64,000 nt of DNA from Escherichia coli (GTDB taxonomy: Bacteria > Pseudomonadota > Gammaproteobacteria > Enterobacterales > Enterobacteriaceae): the NCBI RefSeq assembly GCF_030384885.1, contig NZ_CP128613.1; one strand, given 5' to 3'. Shown here in pieces: positions 59,991 to 64,000 of the stretch. Within the stretch, counting starts at the first letter, position 1; the number at the start of each line of letters is the position of its first letter. The notes beneath the pieces are model-generated. The model did no database searches. It saw nothing but the letters and a program-made list of their open reading frames with translations, and was not told the DNA's origin. The translations under genes were made by a program, and so were the position numbers.

Positions 59991-61529
59991 TTAGTGCGCA
60001 CCGCCTCCGCCGCCACCTGCGCCAAATGGCGGTTTAGCAAACCACACCAGCCCCAGCAGGACGAGGAATATCCCGGCTGACATCCAGAAGATCTCATTGG
60101 CGGAAATAATCAGCCCCTGATTAGTGATCTGCTGGGCAATCCAGCCTGATGCCTGTTGTTGCGTCATCCCCAGCCCTTCCAGTTGGCTGTACATCGCCTG
60201 AGCGTTCGGGTTAAACGGGTTTACCGACTCGGTTAACTGTGCGTGGTGCATCGACTCGCGGTTAGTCCACATGGTGGTGGTGATGGATGTGCCGATAGAC
60301 CCCGCCAGCGTTCGCGTAAAGTTAGAGAGGCTCGATGCCGCCGCCAGTCGCTCCGGTGGCAAACCAGACAGCGTAATGGTGGTCAGCGGCATAAAGAAGC
60401 AGGCCACCGCGAAGCCCTGGATAAACTGCGGCCAGGCCGACGCGCCAAAATCCATCCCCGGTTCAAAGGTATAAGCACGCCAGTAGAAGCAGACGGCATA
60501 CATGATAAAGCTGAAGGTTACCAGTCGCCGCATATCCAGTTTATGCGCGAAGCGGCCGATAATCGGCGACAGGATCACCGGAATAATCCCTACCGGCGCA
60601 GAGGCAAGCCCCGCCCAGGTTGCTGTATAGCCGTAGACTTCTTGCAATAACTGCGGCAGCAGAACAATCGCGCCGAAGTAGAGCATATACGCGAGGCTGA
60701 TACACAAGCAGCCGATGGTGAAGTTGCGCGATTTAAACAACGACAGATCCACTATCGGATTATCGTCGGTCAGCTCCCAGACAATCAGGAAGCAGATAGC
60801 CACCACCGCCACCACGGTGAGGATGATTATTTCCTGCGATGAGAACCAGTCCAGCTCTTTACCGCGGTCGAGCATAATCTGCAGGCTGCCGATACCAATC
60901 ACCAGCAGTGCCAGCCCCACGGCATCAATCCGCCGCCGTTCGGTGCGGGTTTCGCGTCCGCGCAGGGTTTGCAGTGTCATCAACACCACCGCCACGCCAA
61001 TCGGCACGTTGATGAAGAATATCCAGCCCCAGTGGTAATTATCGCTGATATAACCGCCGAGGATCGGGCCGCAAATTGGCGCGACAATCACCGTCATCGA
61101 CCACAACGCCAGCGCGATCGAGCGTTTTGCTGGCGGGTAGTTATTCAGCAATAGACTTTGCGAAAGCGGGATCAACGGCCCGGCGACAATTCCCTGAATC
61201 ACGCGGAAGAAGATCAGCATATTCAGGCTGCTGGAGACACCACACGCCCACGACGCAATAGCAAAGGCGATGGTCGACCAGAGGAACAGCTTCACTTCCC
61301 CAACGCGCTTTGCCAGCCAGCCGGTAAGCGGGATCGAGATGGCATTCGCCACCCCGAAAGAAGTGATTACCCACGTTCCCTGGCTGAGCGATGAGCCCAG
61401 ATTCCCGGCGATAGTGGGGATCGCCACGTTAGCAATGGTGGAGTCCAGCACCTGCATGAATGTCGCCAGTGACAGCGCAATCGTCATAATGACCAGTTGC
61501 GCGCCTTCCAGCGGTTTTTGCTGTTGCAT
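59991..61529 (-). CDS. emrB: Multidrug efflux MFS transporter EmrB, 512 aa
   Basis: 14-TMS MFS protein beginning MQQQKPLEGAQLVIMTIALSLATF. Confidence 0.92.
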   Translation of the reverse strand: MQQQKPLEGAQLVIMTIALSLATFMQVLDSTIANVAIPTIAGNLGSSLSQGTWVITSFGVANAISIPLTGWLAKRVGEVKLFLWSTIAFAIASWACGVSSSLNMLIFFRVIQGIVAGPLIPLSQSLLLNNYPPAKRSIALALWSMTVIVAPICGPILGGYISDNYHWGWIFFINVPIGVAVVLMTLQTLRGRETRTERRRIDAVGLALLVIGIGSLQIMLDRGKELDWFSSQEIIILTVVAVVAICFLIVWELTDDNPIVDLSLFKSRNFTIGCLCISLAYMLYFGAIVLLPQLLQEVYGYTATWAGLASAPVGIIPVILSPIIGRFAHKLDMRRLVTFSFIMYAVCFYWRAYTFEPGMDFGASAWPQFIQGFAVACFFMPLTTITLSGLPPERLAAASSLSNFTRTLAGSIGTSITTTMWTNRESMHHAQLTESVNPFNPNAQAMYSQLEGLGMTQQQASGWIAQQITNQGLIISANEIFWMSAGIFLVLLGLVWFAKPPFGAGGGGGGAH

Positions 61530-61545
61530 CACACGCACCTCTGGA

Positions 61546-62718
61546 TTAGCCAGCGTTAGCTTTTACGATATCGTCGATCAGTTTATTGACAGGTGCCAGG
61601 CTGATTTCACGCGCGGTGCTTACCGCGACCGGTGTGGAACGTACTTTATTTGCCAGTACCTGACCGTCACGGTTAGTGGTATTGACGCTCACCAGCGTGG
61701 ATAAACCGATACGCAGCGGGTATTGCTCCAGCTGTTTCTGGTCCAGTTCAATACGAACAGGCAGACGCTGAACGACTTTGATCCAGTTACCGGTGGCGTT
61801 TTGCGCCGGAAGCAGCGAGAACGCGCTACCTGTGCCCATATCCAGACCAACCACTTTACCGGTGTATTTCACATCATCGCCGTAAATATCGGTGGTGATG
61901 GTGACCGGCTGACCGATGCGCATATTGGCAATCTGCGTTTCTTTAAAGTTGGCATCCACCCACATATTGGTGGCTGGAACGACCGCCATCAGCGGCGTCG
62001 TTGGGCTAATTTGCGCGCCAGGCTGTACTGCGCGGCGGGAGACATAACCGGTCATCGGACTGACAATACGGGTACGCTCCAGCGCCAGCCAGGCGTTACG
62101 TACTTCGGTGGCAGCCTGTTGCACGGCAGGCTGATCTTCCAGTTTAGTCCCCAGAATCATCGCCTGATTGGCATTGTATTGTTGAATGGCGACATCCAGT
62201 TGCGCCTGGGCACTGGTCACCGCGTCGCGGGCGTGTTGCAGCTCTTCGCGACCAATCAGGTTGGCATTGCCCAGCGGCACACGGCGGTTGTAGTCGCTTT
62301 GTGCTTTCGCGAGGGCGATTTTCTGCACCTCAATATTCGCCTGCAACTGTTTGCTGTTAATCATCAGCTGGTGGGTTTGGCGCACGCTGGAAGCCAGTGC
62401 CGTTTTGGCTTTTTCAAACGCCTGGCGAGCATCTGTCGGGTCGAGAGTGACCAGCACATCGCCTTCTTTTACAAAATCGGTGTTATCGGCCCAGACTTTC
62501 GTCACGCTGCCAGACACCTGAGACATAATTTGAATCTGATTCCCTGCCACATATGCGTCATCGGTTTCTTCGAAATGACGCAGTACCAAAAACCAATAAA
62601 TCCCTATCGCTACGGCAATAATTATAAAGAGCAAGGTGAGAAGGAGGAGCAGACGCTTACGTTTGCCGCTCTTCTTTACCGGTTGCTGCGGGGTTTGAGT
62701 CTCCGCATTTGCGCTCAT
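61546..62718 (-). CDS. emrA: Multidrug efflux membrane fusion protein EmrA, 390 aa
   Basis: Begins MSANAETQTPQQPVKK; HlyD-family periplasmic adaptor. Confidence 0.92.
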   Translation of the reverse strand: MSANAETQTPQQPVKKSGKRKRLLLLLTLLFIIIAVAIGIYWFLVLRHFEETDDAYVAGNQIQIMSQVSGSVTKVWADNTDFVKEGDVLVTLDPTDARQAFEKAKTALASSVRQTHQLMINSKQLQANIEVQKIALAKAQSDYNRRVPLGNANLIGREELQHARDAVTSAQAQLDVAIQQYNANQAMILGTKLEDQPAVQQAATEVRNAWLALERTRIVSPMTGYVSRRAVQPGAQISPTTPLMAVVPATNMWVDANFKETQIANMRIGQPVTITTDIYGDDVKYTGKVVGLDMGTGSAFSLLPAQNATGNWIKVVQRLPVRIELDQKQLEQYPLRIGLSTLVSVNTTNRDGQVLANKVRSTPVAVSTAREISLAPVNKLIDDIVKANAG

Positions 62719-62844
62719 ATTGTTCTCCACGATCTTCTTAACTCATCGGCTGAGCCGACCTGCTTGCCAAAAAGGCCAGCATGTTGCGATGCTGGCCAGT
62801 CATTTTTTCTTTTATAAATCTGGATTTTTGAGCGAGATGACGCG

Positions 62845-63375
62845 TTAGCTCATCGCTTCGAGAACCACACCGTCTTGTTCCATCTGGTCGAGACGGGAGA
62901 GCAATTTGCGGGTGATTTGCTCGAGCTGATCTTTTTCTGTTGTGCTGAGCGCGGACCAGAGTTGATGCAGGCAGTTATGCTGCGGTGGTAAAACCTCGCG
63001 CAAAAACTCGTGACCTTTTTCCGTTAATTGCAGATGCAGGCAGCGGCGATCGTTATCGCTTTCACGACGTTCGATCCAACCGCGTTTTTCCAGTTCATCG
63101 GCAATACGCGTCGCGTTGGTACGGGATGATCCAAGAGCACAACTCAATTCAGAAGGCTGAATACTGTGGTTTTCCTGAGACTCCAGCGTAATCAACGCCA
63201 TAAACAACGTCTCGTTAATCCCCTGAGCCTTCAGCATTTTATTGCGGTTCTCCAGCAGCTTGCTTTGCATGTGCATGCAAAGACGAGTCAGAAGGATCTC
63301 CTGATAAGGAAAATCTTCGTGGCGGCTGGCGCGAAATTTTAGCATTTGTTCAATGGGCGTAAACGAACTATCCAT
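62845..63375 (-). CDS. mprA: MarR-family repressor MprA/EmrR, 176 aa
   Basis: Upstream of emrAB; MarR-type sequence. Confidence 0.9.
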
Positions 63376-63465
63376 TTGGGTATGACCTCATTAATTTCAG
63401 CCGATATAGTAACGACAGTGACAAATAAAGTAAATGTATTGTTTTAGAAAAATGATTCTTGTGGG

Positions 63466-63801
63466 TTATATAATCGCCATCACTTTCCAGGCGAGCCCAT
63501 AGGCCAGCGCACTAAGCAGTGTTGGGATGATAATGCTGCGTGTTTTATAGAAACTGGCACCCAGTACCGCGAAGCCGACCAGAGTGGGCACGAAACGGCG
63601 TGTATCGTGCATCACTTCTGGTGCGGTAGAGACAACCAGCAGAGCGCATATCGAGGCGATGCCAATGGTGTCGAGCAAAATACCTACCGCGCCACGTTTG
63701 GTTGGGCGGGCATTACCCACACGCAGGCGCAGCGGCAAATAGCGGAAGCAATAATTCGCCGCGCCAACCAGTAACCCAAGCAGCAGAACCTCATAGCTCA
63801 T
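63466..63801 (-). CDS. ygaH: Branched-chain amino acid exporter small subunit YgaH (AzlD-like), 111 aa
   Basis: Small membrane protein; position. Confidence 0.8.
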   Translation of the reverse strand: MSYEVLLLGLLVGAANYCFRYLPLRLRVGNARPTKRGAVGILLDTIGIASICALLVVSTAPEVMHDTRRFVPTLVGFAVLGASFYKTRSIIIPTLLSALAYGLAWKVMAII

Positions 63802-64000
63802 CGGGCGCTCCTTGCCAGAATGCCTGGATTAACGCAGTGAGGCAGCCACAGACAATGCCTGCCAGAATGGCGACGGGAATAGAAAATAGCGTTACGCCTG
63901 CAAGGGCACCAACTAACGCTGCGGTAACGCAAAGAGATTGTTTGCGCTGGAAAGAGGCGAGCAGGAAACTCATAAAGAGTGCCGGAAGCATAAAACCTAA
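63791..64000 (-). CDS. ygaZ: YgaZ (AzlC-like) exporter subunit, C-terminal part; 5' end beyond window
   Basis: Membrane ORF running to the window edge; overlaps ygaH start. Confidence 0.7.
   Translation of the reverse strand, partial: LGFMLPALFMSFLLASFQRKQSLCVTAALVGALAGVTLFSIPVAILAGIVCGCLTALIQAFWQGAPDEL

Noticed and set aside
61723-62817. 364-aa ORF on the plus strand
   Set aside because: Antisense to emrA; no motifs, and the emrA identification is strong.

Overview
This window is an enterobacterial (Escherichia coli-type) chromosomal segment, collinear in reverse orientation with the K-12 nlpD-rpoS ... mutS ... hyp/hyc ... asc ... hydN-hypF ... norRVW ... srl/gut ... recA-alaS-csrA ... tRNA(Ser/Arg) ... 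gshA-luxS ... emrRAB-ygaH region. All gene identifications come from my recollection of protein sequences, lengths and gene order; no database search was run. Almost every CDS is a recognisable housekeeping or anaerobic-metabolism gene. Against the K-12 order as I recall it there are three small extra gene blocks with no integrase, IS element or obvious flanking direct repeats: (1) a MarR-family regulator plus UbiX/UbiD-type phenolic acid decarboxylase genes (ecdBCD-like) between rpoS and ygbN; (2) a higB/higA-like toxin-antitoxin pair between hycI and ascB; (3) an overlapping two-gene cassette between luxS and emrB encoding a small KxDG nucleotidyltransferase (RNA-ligase-like) protein and an HD-phosphohydrolase/P-loop-kinase fusion. 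Block 3 is the best candidate for an undescribed system: together the two proteins carry the three activities of a Trl1-type RNA healing-and-sealing pathway. Other points of note: pphB carries an in-frame TAA nonsense codon, the MicA sRNA lies between gshA and luxS, there are four tandem tRNA-Arg units with structured spacers, and several sigma54/NorR/LexA regulatory sites are readable directly. No CRISPR array, prophage or IS element was seen.
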